Part shown: in pieces, positions 44,102 through 53,680 of the stretch
How positions within the stretch are numbered: position 1 is the first letter of the stretch
Layout: each line of letters begins with the position of its first letter
Assembly (NCBI GenBank): GCA_963733195.1
Contig: CAVTCR010000071.1
Coordinates: 32,001-96,000, forward strand
Length of the DNA: 64,000 nucleotides
Reading direction: 5' to 3'
Source of the DNA: an uncultured delta proteobacterium
GTDB taxonomy: Bacteria; Desulfobacterota; Binatia; Bin18
Notes under the pieces: generated by a model
The model's input: only the letters and a program-made list of their open reading frames with translations
Told to the model about the DNA's origin: nothing
The model's database searches: none
Made by a program: the position numbers and the translations under genes

Positions 44102-45835
44102 ATGAACGTCTACCGTCGATTGCTCCCATTTCTCCGACCGTATTTATTTTCGGCTTTCATTCCGGCAATCCTCTGCATGCTGCTCTTTAGTGCGACGAAT
44201 GGCGTGTTGCCGTTTGTGGTTCAGCATGTGTTCGATGACATCTTTGCTCAGAAGAATCTCGATGCCTTGAGCTTTCTGCCGTGGGTTATCGTTGGAGTCT
44301 TTCTCTTCCGCGGAGTTGTGAATTTTGGTCATGCCTATTTGATCGAGTATGTCGGACAACACATCGTCGCCGACCTGCGTAACGCCCTGAATGCGCATGT
44401 ACAGTCACTCTCGCTGAGCTATTTTCAGCGCAACCCTACAGGAACCATCCTTTCTCGCGTGACGAATGACACAACACTCGTCCGTGAAGCGCTGACACAA
44501 GCCACCGCATCAATTATGAAGGATACAACCTCCCTCCTTCTACTCATTATCGTTGCGTTCGTGAAAGATTGGTTTCTTGCCCTTTTGGCCTTTATCGTCT
44601 TCCCGGTAACAATTTTGCCTCTGACCCTAATGTACAAGAAGGTACGTCGCGCTAGTCGTAGAGGGCAAGGTTCGCTAGGATCACTCACAGTTCTTTTGCA
44701 AGAAACTATTCAAGGCAGCCGTATCGTAAGGGCTTTTGGGGCTGAGACGTACGAAAACCAGCGTTTCGCGACTGAAAACAAGCGGCTCTTCTCCCATTCA
44801 CTGAAAGCTGGACGGGTACGCGCATTTGTTCCACCAATGGTTGAACTCGTTGCTGCGGTAGGGATCGCAGCGGTGGTTTGGTACGGCGGCCAAAGTGTGA
44901 TCGTCGGTGAACGCACCCAGGGGGAATTCATTGCTTTTCTCACGGCCCTGCTTCTCCTTTATGAACCATTCAAACATCTGACACGTACGAGTGCGGCGAT
45001 TCAGACCGGACTAGCCGCAGCTGAGCGTTTATTCGAGGTTCTCGACGAACGGAGCGAGGTCGAAGACCGGCCGGATGCGCAACTACTCACAGGGGTTCGG
45101 CAAGGAATCCGCTTTGACAACGTTCATTTTCGCTATCGCCAAGAGTGGGTCTTGCAAGGCATTACCTTGGAGATTCGCACCGGCGAGGTCGTCGCGTTAG
45201 TCGGTCCCAGCGGTGGCGGGAAAAGCACAATAGCAGACTTGATTCCCCGCTTTTACGATGTGCAAAAGGGGCGGATTGCCATTAATGGCATTGATATTCG
45301 TGATGTGACGCTAGCGTCGTTGCGCTCGCAACTGGCAATCGTGTCGCAGTCAACGTTCCTGTTTAACGATACTGTCCGCAAGAATATTGCCTACGGCATG
45401 GCGGATATTCCGATGGAAGATATCATTGCTGCAGCGCAAGCAGCCTATGCCCATGACTTTATCATGGATCTTCCACACGGGTACGACACGATTATTGGCG
45501 AACTCGGTTCCACGTTGTCGGGCGGCCAGCGCCAACGTCTAGCTATCGCTCGCGCCTTGCTCAAGAATGCACCGATTTTGATTCTCGACGAAGCGACTTC
45601 CTCGCTCGATAATGAATCAGAACGACAGGTACAGGCGGCTATCGAACGGTTGATGGTCGGTCGCACGGTCCTCGTCATCGCTCATCGGCTCTCGACTGTC
45701 CACAAAGCCGATCGGATTGCAGTTCTGATCAACGGTCAGATTGTCGAGCAAGGGCGCCATGAACAGCTCATTGTTCGTAACTCACAGTATCGCAAGCTAT
45801 ATGAGCTTCAGTTCTACGAAACCACCCCAGCCTGA
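44102..45835 (+). CDS. msbA: Lipid A flippase ABC transporter
   Basis: GPSGGGKS, LSGGQRQR; position between lpxB and waaA/lpxK. Confidence 0.88.
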   Translation: MNVYRRLLPFLRPYLFSAFIPAILCMLLFSATNGVLPFVVQHVFDDIFAQKNLDALSFLPWVIVGVFLFRGVVNFGHAYLIEYVGQHIVADLRNALNAHVQSLSLSYFQRNPTGTILSRVTNDTTLVREALTQATASIMKDTTSLLLLIIVAFVKDWFLALLAFIVFPVTILPLTLMYKKVRRASRRGQGSLGSLTVLLQETIQGSRIVRAFGAETYENQRFATENKRLFSHSLKAGRVRAFVPPMVELVAAVGIAAVVWYGGQSVIVGERTQGEFIAFLTALLLLYEPFKHLTRTSAAIQTGLAAAERLFEVLDERSEVEDRPDAQLLTGVRQGIRFDNVHFRYRQEWVLQGITLEIRTGEVVALVGPSGGGKSTIADLIPRFYDVQKGRIAINGIDIRDVTLASLRSQLAIVSQSTFLFNDTVRKNIAYGMADIPMEDIIAAAQAAYAHDFIMDLPHGYDTIIGELGSTLSGGQRQRLAIARALLKNAPILILDEATSSLDNESERQVQAAIERLMVGRTVLVIAHRLSTVHKADRIAVLINGQIVEQGRHEQLIVRNSQYRKLYELQFYETTPA

Positions 45836-46568
45836 GACACCCCAGCCTCGCTTCTCGTTTGTCGAAGAGATCAAGATACGCTGCTGGTCATTTCTTGCCT
45901 TTTGTGTCTTGCGTCTACTGGGAGCGACAACCCATAAGCGGCAGGTCGGCGGCGAAGGATTATTGTCGCATTGGAAGCGTGGAGAGCAAGTGATTCTCGC
46001 TTTTTGGCATAGCAGGATTTTGCTCATGCTATTCTCATATCGGGGCCAAATAGCCTGTATCATGAATAGTGTACACCGTGATGGAGAAATTATTACTCGC
46101 GTTATTCGTCGCTTTGGGATCAGCGCAGTACGTGGCTCATCGACGCGCGGATGGATGGGTGGGCTCAAAGGGATGCTCGACGCTTATCACCAGGGATATG
46201 ATCTCGTTGTCATTCCCGATGGTCCTCGCGGTCCGCGTTATCAAGCGAAATCTGGCGTGCTTCAACTGGCGCGTGCTACTGGAGCACCGATTTTTCCCGT
46301 CACTTATAGTGCGGCGTGGAAAACAACCGTAGGAAGTTGGGATCGCTTGCTGATTCCCTTTCCCTTCAGTCGTGTGTTGTACGTTGTCGGATCACCTATC
46401 CACGTCCCACCAGATGCGACGAAAGAGGTCGTGGAAGAAAAACGCCAAGAACTGGAAGCTGAGTTGATCAGAATCACGACGCAAGCTGACAATTATTTTG
46501 CCAAGCAGTCGGTGGCAGCTGGTGAGGCGGTACTTGCGGGCACTCCACAACCTTTGCCGCCACGATGA
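45801..46568 (+). CDS. DUF374 lysophospholipid acyltransferase family protein
   Basis: AFWH, RDGE, RGSSTRG, PDGPRGP, SWDRLLIPFPF. Confidence 0.85.
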   Translation: MSFSSTKPPQPETPQPRFSFVEEIKIRCWSFLAFCVLRLLGATTHKRQVGGEGLLSHWKRGEQVILAFWHSRILLMLFSYRGQIACIMNSVHRDGEIITRVIRRFGISAVRGSSTRGWMGGLKGMLDAYHQGYDLVVIPDGPRGPRYQAKSGVLQLARATGAPIFPVTYSAAWKTTVGSWDRLLIPFPFSRVLYVVGSPIHVPPDATKEVVEEKRQELEAELIRITTQADNYFAKQSVAAGEAVLAGTPQPLPPR

Positions 46569-46624
46569 GTGGTCCTAAACCAAAGAGGGTATCCTTACAC
46601 TTCACAACGTATCCCTTCACTTCT

Positions 46625-46706
46625 GTCATTCTGAGCAGCACGAAGAATCTCTCTGAGAGACCTTTCATGGAATTTATCCTGAGCTTATCGAAAGGCTCAG
46701 GGTGAT
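46625..46706. repeat. REP-like palindrome cluster
   Basis: GTCATTCTGAGCAGCACGAAGAATCTCTCTGAGAG and CCTGAGCTTATCGAAAGGCTCAGG. Confidence 0.65.
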
Positions 46707-46760
46707 AAATTCAGCGTGTTACCCTCTTAAAGTCTGAAGTAAGAAGCATTTCATAACTCC

Positions 46761-48056
46761 ATGTCATTGTTTCTGTACAATCTGCTCATCACATTTTTCG
46801 CCATCGTGGCTCTCCCGGTCGCGGCCCTCGCTCTAGCGATGCGCCCTCGCTACCGTCTCGGGCTCTCGCAGCGATTAGGAATACTTCCTTCAGATGTGAT
46901 TGAACGCCTACACGGACAAGCCCCAGTGTGGCTCCATGCACCGTCAGTTGGTGAAATGCTCGCGACTCGCCCTTTTCTGCACAGGCTCAAAGAGGAGTAT
47001 CCTGATCATCCACTTCTGCTCTCCTGCCTCACTCCGACCGCGTATACGACAGCTCAGGAAAAGATAGTTGAAGCTGACGCGGTAATATACTTTCCGCTTG
47101 ATCATCCGCTGTTTGTAGAGAAAGTGCTCGCGTACATCACACCAGCAGTATTTCTGTTTACCGAGACCGAAATGTGGCCCAATTTTCTTACCGCCTTAGC
47201 ACAACGGGAAATCCCTACCGTGCTGGTCAGTGGTCGGTTTTCGTCGCGGGCCGTAGCTCGTTATCGCTGGCTCTCTCCGCTTTTTACACCTGTTTTTCAG
47301 AACCTCACTCTCTGTTGTATGCAAACGCAAGCTGATGCGGACCGGCTCATTAGCGTTGGAGCGCACCCTGTACGAGTTGTCGTCACTGGCAATTTCAAGG
47401 TTGATGGAGTTGCCGAGAGCGTCTCTCAAGGACAGACGATTCTCTCTGATGCCGGCCTAGCTAATCGACCAGTACTGATCGGAGCCAGCACGCATGCCGG
47501 CGAAGAAGAGATACTACTGAATGCCTATCGTCAGTTGCAACGTAAAATCCCCCAGTTGTTGCTCGTACTGGCTCCGCGCCATCCGCAGCGTTTCGCTGAA
47601 GTCGAACATCTCATCCACGCTAAGGGTTATCGCTATCGTAAACGCAGCCAGACTGTAGCCTCTACCTCCGAGGTTGAAGTGTTCCTATTAGACACCCTTG
47701 GTGAGTTAGCCTCGTTGTATTCCACTGCAAGCCTTGTTTTTGTTGGTGGGAGCCTGATCAAAGGGCCAGGGGGACATAGTGTGATTGAGCCAGCGCTGGC
47801 GCACGTACCGGTGTGTTTCGGTCCGTATACGCGGAACTTTACGACTGTGGTAGAGGAATTGATGCGTGAAGGTGGAGGATTCCAAATCAACAATGAAGAA
47901 AGTCTCGTGCACGCCGTACTTCCCTTGCTCACCAACGCATCTTTACGAGAGGAAACCGGCCATAAAGCATTCGCAGTGATTCGTCGTAGCCAAGGAGCAG
48001 TTGAACGGACAATAGAGGAAATAATGAAGAATGAAGAATTAAGAGTGAAGAATTAA
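46761..48056 (+). CDS. waaA: Kdo transferase
   Basis: WLHAPSVGE, ETEMWPN, GNFK, STHAGEE, APRHPQR, DTLGEL. Confidence 0.95.
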   Translation: MSLFLYNLLITFFAIVALPVAALALAMRPRYRLGLSQRLGILPSDVIERLHGQAPVWLHAPSVGEMLATRPFLHRLKEEYPDHPLLLSCLTPTAYTTAQEKIVEADAVIYFPLDHPLFVEKVLAYITPAVFLFTETEMWPNFLTALAQREIPTVLVSGRFSSRAVARYRWLSPLFTPVFQNLTLCCMQTQADADRLISVGAHPVRVVVTGNFKVDGVAESVSQGQTILSDAGLANRPVLIGASTHAGEEEILLNAYRQLQRKIPQLLLVLAPRHPQRFAEVEHLIHAKGYRYRKRSQTVASTSEVEVFLLDTLGELASLYSTASLVFVGGSLIKGPGGHSVIEPALAHVPVCFGPYTRNFTTVVEELMREGGGFQINNEESLVHAVLPLLTNASLREETGHKAFAVIRRSQGAVERTIEEIMKNEELRVKN

Positions 48057-48133
48057 AAATGACAACGGAAAATTCAACTCTCGGATACAGGCTCTCTTCT
48101 ATATTCTACATTCTTAACTCTTAACTCTTCATT
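48024..48133. repeat. Mirror-image heptamer tandem repeats, same family as 44002
   Basis: TGAAGAA TGAAGAA TTAAGAG...ATTCTTA ACTCTTA ACTCTTC. Confidence 0.7.
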
Positions 48134-48145
48134 GTTTTCTAAGTT

Positions 48146-49285
48146 ATGTTTTTCGTGCATCACCTCATCGAGAGTATCTGGCGGCGACAAAGCATGTGGT
48201 CGCGAATCGGATGGACCGCGCTCACACCGTTCTCCCTTGCTTTTTCTCTTGCCGTCCGTGCTCGAAACGTTAGTTATGACCTTGGCATATTGCCAACTGT
48301 CCGTGTGCCGCTCTTGGTTATCAGTATTGGCAATCTCACAGTGGGAGGGACCGGCAAAACACCGCTCACACTGTGGCTTGCACAGGCTCTACAGCAACGC
48401 GGATATTCAGTTGGAATCATCACTCGTGGTTATAAAGGTACGGCGGTGAGCCCTATCCTTGCTGGTCGCAACGGTACTCCGTTAGCCACTATTGCTGAGG
48501 TAGGAGATGAAGCTTTTATGCTCGCGCGGCGGTTCCCCGGAGTTGTTATTGCAGGCCGCGATCGGGTCGCGGCAGCCATGTTTGCCCATCAGCATTTTGT
48601 GCTTGATGTCGTCATTCTTGACGACGGATTCCAACATCGCCGCCTGCACCGCGATGTTGAGGTCGTGTTATTTTCTGCGCAGGAAGCAGCCAGCACCTGG
48701 CTTCTCCCGGCAGGCCCGTTTCGTGAGCCGTTCAGTGGGATACGGCGGGCGGACGCCGTCGTCATCACTAAACGAACGCAAGGACAAAATAACCTCCCTG
48801 CTCACCTCCTGTCACAACTGGATTCACACGCCATACCAATGTTCTCCGGTGAGCTTGTGCCGACTGTACTTGTACAGGTGCTTCACGGTCAATGGCTCGA
48901 ACAGCCTCTATCTGCTCTGTCCGGCAAGCGTGTCATAGCAGTCACAGCGGTTGCGAATCCCCAACCTTTTTACCACAGTATACGTGAACAGGGGGCAGAA
49001 CTTACGCAGGTGGTGGAATTTCCTGACCATCACAGCTATACGCACTCAGACTGGCAGCAGCTTGTCCAGGACAGTGGTTCATGTGATGTACTGCTGACGA
49101 CGGAAAAAGATCTCGTCAAGCTTGAACAGTTTTCTCCTGCAGTAGATCGGCTGCGGGCGTTACGTGTACAGCTTCAACTGGAACCAGCAGAGGCGTTCCT
49201 TACAACAATCGAACAACAGCTCCGCAGTCGAAAAAGAGATAGGATCGACAATGGCCGCACCATTTCTCATCAAAGCAGTCACTGA
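48146..49285 (+). CDS. lpxK: Tetraacyldisaccharide 4'-kinase
   Basis: GNLTVGGTGKTP, RGY, GDE, LDDGFQH, LLPAGPFRE, TTEKD. Confidence 0.95.
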   Translation: MFFVHHLIESIWRRQSMWSRIGWTALTPFSLAFSLAVRARNVSYDLGILPTVRVPLLVISIGNLTVGGTGKTPLTLWLAQALQQRGYSVGIITRGYKGTAVSPILAGRNGTPLATIAEVGDEAFMLARRFPGVVIAGRDRVAAAMFAHQHFVLDVVILDDGFQHRRLHRDVEVVLFSAQEAASTWLLPAGPFREPFSGIRRADAVVITKRTQGQNNLPAHLLSQLDSHAIPMFSGELVPTVLVQVLHGQWLEQPLSALSGKRVIAVTAVANPQPFYHSIREQGAELTQVVEFPDHHSYTHSDWQQLVQDSGSCDVLLTTEKDLVKLEQFSPAVDRLRALRVQLQLEPAEAFLTTIEQQLRSRKRDRIDNGRTISHQSSH

Positions 49286-50003
49286 CCTGCTCGCTGACAT
49301 TCCCGTATCCGGCAAAGTACTGTTAGATGTCAGTTGTAAAGAAGGTGATGTGCTCCGTGCCGTCGCACCCCTCGGGTTCAGCGTCCGGGGAACCAATTAC
49401 GAGCCCACGGGACCATCTCAGAACGGAACTCCCATCGATTACGGGGTCGATCTCCTCCAGCGGCTGCCCTATGACAACGCCAGTTTTGATGTCGTCCTGC
49501 TTATCGAGGTGATTGAACACCTTGAGAATCACCGTATTGCGCTGTGCGAATTGGCTCGCATTCTCAAACCAGGCGGTGTGTTAATTCTGACGACACCGAA
49601 TATCATGCGCCTCAATTCCCGTTTTCATTTCTTCTTCAGCGGTTATCACAAGACAAAACGCCGCTTCATTCCTTTCGATACGCCGCTCGCTCAGGCCCAT
49701 CGGTTTCACAACTACCCCATCGACCTACCAATCTTGTATTATCTGTGTAAACAAAACGGACTGACGATTGAACGACTCGGCAACAGCAAGATCAAAGGTT
49801 TCTCTCGTCTCCTCTTCCTGCTCTTCGGTCTCCCCGTACAACTATACACGTGGTATACTTTACAGCTGCGGGAAAGAGACCCGCAGCAAAAACAAGAAAA
49901 TCGCCAGCTGTGCCGCTGGTTACTGGATTCGCGTACGTTAATGGAAGACAACCTTGTCCTTCGACTGCGAAAATTTGACGGGAGTGTCCCAACTCCCCAC
50001 TAA
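49251..50003 (+). CDS. Class I SAM-dependent methyltransferase-like protein
   Basis: LLDVSCKEG, LPYDNASFDVV, EVIEH, RILKPGG. Confidence 0.8.
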   Translation: MAAPFLIKAVTDLLADIPVSGKVLLDVSCKEGDVLRAVAPLGFSVRGTNYEPTGPSQNGTPIDYGVDLLQRLPYDNASFDVVLLIEVIEHLENHRIALCELARILKPGGVLILTTPNIMRLNSRFHFFFSGYHKTKRRFIPFDTPLAQAHRFHNYPIDLPILYYLCKQNGLTIERLGNSKIKGFSRLLFLLFGLPVQLYTWYTLQLRERDPQQKQENRQLCRWLLDSRTLMEDNLVLRLRKFDGSVPTPH

Positions 50004-50012
50004 GGAGGCGTC

Positions 50013-50183
50013 ATGGCATTGAGCAAAGAGCTCTTACAGATTCTCGTCTGTCCTAAGTGCAAAGGTGAGTTAGCTTTGACAGCGAAAGAAGACGCGTTGA
50101 ACTGCCATGCGTGTAAACTGTCATATCCAATCAAAGATGACATTCCGGTCATGCTGATCGACGAGGCACTACCACTCACGTAA
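50013..50183 (+). CDS. Trm112-like (YcaR) small protein; not in the ORF track
   Basis: MALSKELLQILVCPKCKGEL...CHACKLSYPIKDDIPVMLIDEA; AAGGAGG ribosome site. Confidence 0.9.
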   Translation: MALSKELLQILVCPKCKGELALTAKEDALNCHACKLSYPIKDDIPVMLIDEALPLT

Positions 50184-50206
50184 GGCTCATATATCGGTGA
50201 TCTCGC

Positions 50207-51287
50207 ATGTCTCTTTCCTCTCTTCAGGGTCGTTCCCAACGGGTCGTAGTCGCACAGACTGGTTTCTTGGGAGATGTGGTGTTAACGACTCCTTTGCTGA
50301 CCACCCTCCACAGAACCCTGACCCCTGAGTCACTCACTGTGCTGACGACGCCCCAGGCAAAGCCTTTGATAGAACACCATCCGCATGTCTCACGAGTCTT
50401 GGTCGATACCAAACGAACAGATGGACGTGGACTCTTTGGACTATGGCGCACCGCGCAACGGCTGCGTCAGGAACGTTTTACCCTAGCGATCGCCGCGCAT
50501 AAATCTCTGCGGACGGCGTTGCTCCTTGCCCTGGCCGGCATTCCCCTTCGTGTCGGGTTTCGTCAGAGTCCAGGATGGTTCTTGTATCATCATACTGCCC
50601 AGCGAGACACCCACCGACATGAGGTCGAGCGGATTCTCTGCCTCATGCGCGCTTTTGGCTTAGAACCTGAAGAGTGTGACCGTAGTCCTCGTATTGAGTA
50701 TACAGAAACGACAAAGGCCCAGGCCCGCGCCCTGTTACACGACAACGGCATTGCACCGACAGATCCGCTCTTTATTGTGTGTCCTGGCTCAGTGTGGCCA
50801 ACCAAACGCTGGACCGTTGAAGGATTTGCCAGCCTCGTGCGTCGCCTTGAGAGTAATTATGGTCGTGTCCTTCTCTGTGGAGGACCAGATGATGCTGAGG
50901 TCGCGCACGCAGTTCATGACCAGGCTGGACACCACGGAGTGAATCTCGTCGGACAAGCTGACCTGTCAACCTTCATGGCCTTGATTGACCACGCACAAGT
51001 AGTGATTAGTAATGACAGTGCGCCTATGCACATCGCGGTGGCGCGTGGTGTGCCAATCGTTGCAGTCTTCTGTGCAACAACTCCTAACCTTGGCTATGGT
51101 CCCTATACAAACAACGCAGTCGTCGTTGAGCGGAAGGGGTTGTCATGTCGCCCATGTGGTCGCCACGGTAGCCATTCGTGTCCACTCGGGACCGACGCGT
51201 GTATGCGCCAGGTCAGTGTTGCTGATGTGTATGGCAGGGGTAGAACAATTGCTGAACCGCTCCGCGCCAGCGGCACTGCGAGTATAG
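50207..51287 (+). CDS. GT9 lipopolysaccharide heptosyltransferase (WaaF-like), frameshift near 51232
   Basis: FLGDVVL, PGSVWPTKRW, SNDSAPMHIA, CRPC; the true C-terminus is in ORF 51012..51287. Confidence 0.88.
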
Positions 51288-51292
51288 CTGCT

Positions 51293-51616
51293 ATGTCGCT
51301 CACTCATGATTCGCAGCAGGTGTCGTCCTCCTCAGTTGAGGTTTCGCTCCGCGAACGCTTACACACGCTGAATGATACATCCTCGGCTGAAGCAACAGCA
51401 CTAGCAGAGCAGGGACAGCAAGCTACATATACCACTCTCGCCTGGGCTCCGCTTTCCGCCTTTGTTCGTGTGTACTTTCGCCAAGGAGAGTGGCGTCAGG
51501 GGATCTCCGGGCTCATTGCGGCACTCTTTGCTGCCTACGGAGTCTTCATCCGTTATACTAAACTGTGGGAACAACAGAATGTGAAGACCACCGTTCCACC
51601 ACCGCCGCAACCCTGA
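51293..51616 (+). CDS. Stand-alone protein resembling the C-terminal helical region of WaaE-type GT2
   Basis: PLSAFVRVYFRQGEWRQGISG...YTKLWE aligns by eye with the tail of the 55214 protein. Confidence 0.6.
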   Translation: MSLTHDSQQVSSSSVEVSLRERLHTLNDTSSAEATALAEQGQQATYTTLAWAPLSAFVRVYFRQGEWRQGISGLIAALFAAYGVFIRYTKLWEQQNVKTTVPPPPQP

Positions 51617-51617
51617 C

Positions 51618-52409
51618 ATGGCCACGCTGCCTCTTCCCGCTGGATTTGTTGAACAGCGCACAGGCAACACACTCTGGTGGGTAAAGGCTGACTGGGCACC
51701 GGTTTTGCGAGACGCCGTTGTTCGCAGCTCTCATGACCTCACTTCCTGGACGCCGGACGCCGGACGCCGGACGCCACAACTTCTCTCAGCGGAGGTCGAG
51801 GCCCAGTCCAGCGTATCGTGGTGGACTCACAAGGAGCGATCATCGTCCGCCCCTATCGTCGAGGAGGTTTCGTCCGTCACTTTGTTCACGACCTCTACTG
51901 GGATCGTCCGCTACGCCCGTTTGCTGAACTGTGCTGCATAGAGGAAGCACGGCGGCATGGAGTACCAACTGTCGAAGTGCTTGGAGCACAAGTCGAGTGG
52001 ACGATAGGACCGCTGTATCGTGGGCTTTTGGTGACACGAGAAGCAACAGGCTTTCATGAGCTATGGGACGTGGTTGCAAACACGACCAGCTGCTGACCTG
52101 CGACGTGCAACTCTCAGCGCCGTTGCGCAGGCGATCGCCACTATGCATCAGGCTGGCATTGCCCACGCTGATCTGAACCCGACGAACATCTTGGTTTATC
52201 CTGACCGTGATCCTCCACAGGCATTGATAATCGACTTCGACCGCGCCCGCCTCTTTTCTGGACCACTACCTCTTCGCCTCCGAGAATCCAATCTTCGTCG
52301 GTTGCAGCGTTTTTTCGCCAACTACGATGTTCTCGCCGAATGGCTACCACCTGGTGAGTTTGAGCATTTTCGGCAGGTGTACCGTACCATCCTGCCGTTG
52401 AAAAAGTAA
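51618..52409 (+). CDS. Kdo/LPS kinase (KdkA/InaA family), frameshifted
   Basis: RPYRRGG, RPFAE, HADLNPTNI, IDFDRA, NLRRLQR across three frames. Confidence 0.8.
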
Positions 52410-52509
52410 CCGGAAAAAGATACCGAGGCAAAAACATTACATCAGCTCACTTTCACGAGAGGATCCTCGTCTGGCTTTAGTATTACCTTCCCTTACACCG
52501 CGACGCATT

Positions 52510-53511
52510 TTGATCGTTCTGCTTGGTGCGATCGGCGATGTCACGCGTGCGCTTCCATTACTCACTCGTCTCCGTCGAGCCTACCCGCAGGCCCACATTG
52601 CTTGGGCAGTCGAACCCGCCGCCGCCGCACTACTTGATTATCATCCTGCCCTTGATGAGATCCTTCTCTACCAACGCAGCCGTGGCTCTCGAACATTTCT
52701 TCCGTTTCTGCGCACTGTACGGGATCATCATTTTGACCTCGTACTGGATCTCCAGCGTCATTTGAAGAGTGGGCTTGTCAGTCTATGGTCCCGTGCGCCG
52801 GTCCGAGTTGGTTTTCATCGCACAAATACCAAAGAGGGCAACTGGCTGTTCAATACGCACACGATCGAGGAGGTACCAGACTTTTCTCTGAAATTGACCC
52901 AGTACCTCAAGTTCGCGGATGCCCTCGGATTGCCGGACGATGGAGTGCGCTTCGACCTCCGACTCCGTCCGGAAGAGGAACAAAAAGTTGAGACCTTGCT
53001 TGCTGGAACACCCTGCCCTGTTGCCGCATTTTTTCTTGGTTCGCGCTGGCCGAGTCGGTTTTGGTTCCCGCAGGCAACGGCGGAGGTAGCGCGGGCGCTG
53101 CAACAGGAATATGGTATGGGAATTGTCCTGATGGGCGGGCCGAATGAGGTAGCGTTCGCACAGCAGGTGAGTGAGGCGATGGGAACGGCGGTAACGAATC
53201 TGAGTGGTAAAACCTCGCTACGTGATTTGATTGGTATCTTTGGTCGTGTTCGTTTTGCAATGGGACCGGACTCTGGTCCGATGCATATTGCCGCAGCGAC
53301 TGGTATCCCAGTCATCTCGCTGTGGGGTGCAACCAGTCCAATTCGTTCAGCACCGTGGCGCTCTGAAGCGTTCGTCATTCGCGGTGAGGCAGCGTGCAGT
53401 CCGTGTTATGTGCGACACTGTCCGATCGGCCGTGCGTGTATGCAGCGGATTACACCGGAGCGGGTACTTTCCGTCGCTCGCCAAGTACTTGAGAAGAGCA
53501 CAAGGAGTTAA
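52510..53511 (+). CDS. Second GT9 heptosyltransferase; true start slightly upstream
   Basis: AIGDV, DLQ, DSGPMHIAAA, CSPC. Confidence 0.88.
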   Translation: MIVLLGAIGDVTRALPLLTRLRRAYPQAHIAWAVEPAAAALLDYHPALDEILLYQRSRGSRTFLPFLRTVRDHHFDLVLDLQRHLKSGLVSLWSRAPVRVGFHRTNTKEGNWLFNTHTIEEVPDFSLKLTQYLKFADALGLPDDGVRFDLRLRPEEEQKVETLLAGTPCPVAAFFLGSRWPSRFWFPQATAEVARALQQEYGMGIVLMGGPNEVAFAQQVSEAMGTAVTNLSGKTSLRDLIGIFGRVRFAMGPDSGPMHIAAATGIPVISLWGATSPIRSAPWRSEAFVIRGEAACSPCYVRHCPIGRACMQRITPERVLSVARQVLEKSTRS

Positions 53512-53680
53512 GCTGAGTGAGAAGTCAAAAGTCAAAAGCCTGTCCTGAGTGTAGCCGAAGGAGCAAAAGTTTGAAGCCGAAAGTGAGAAAGATACCCCTT
53601 TCCCTTTGTCTCTGTATTCGTGACTTCTCGTTCTCATTCCTCCTTCCCCGATTCCTAACCCCTAACCCCTAACCCCCGTT

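Noticed and set aside
50207-51616. 469-aa heptosyltransferase-GT2-tail fusion
   Set aside because: A one-base shift near 51232 gives a typical GT9 end at 51287, followed by a new ATG at 51293
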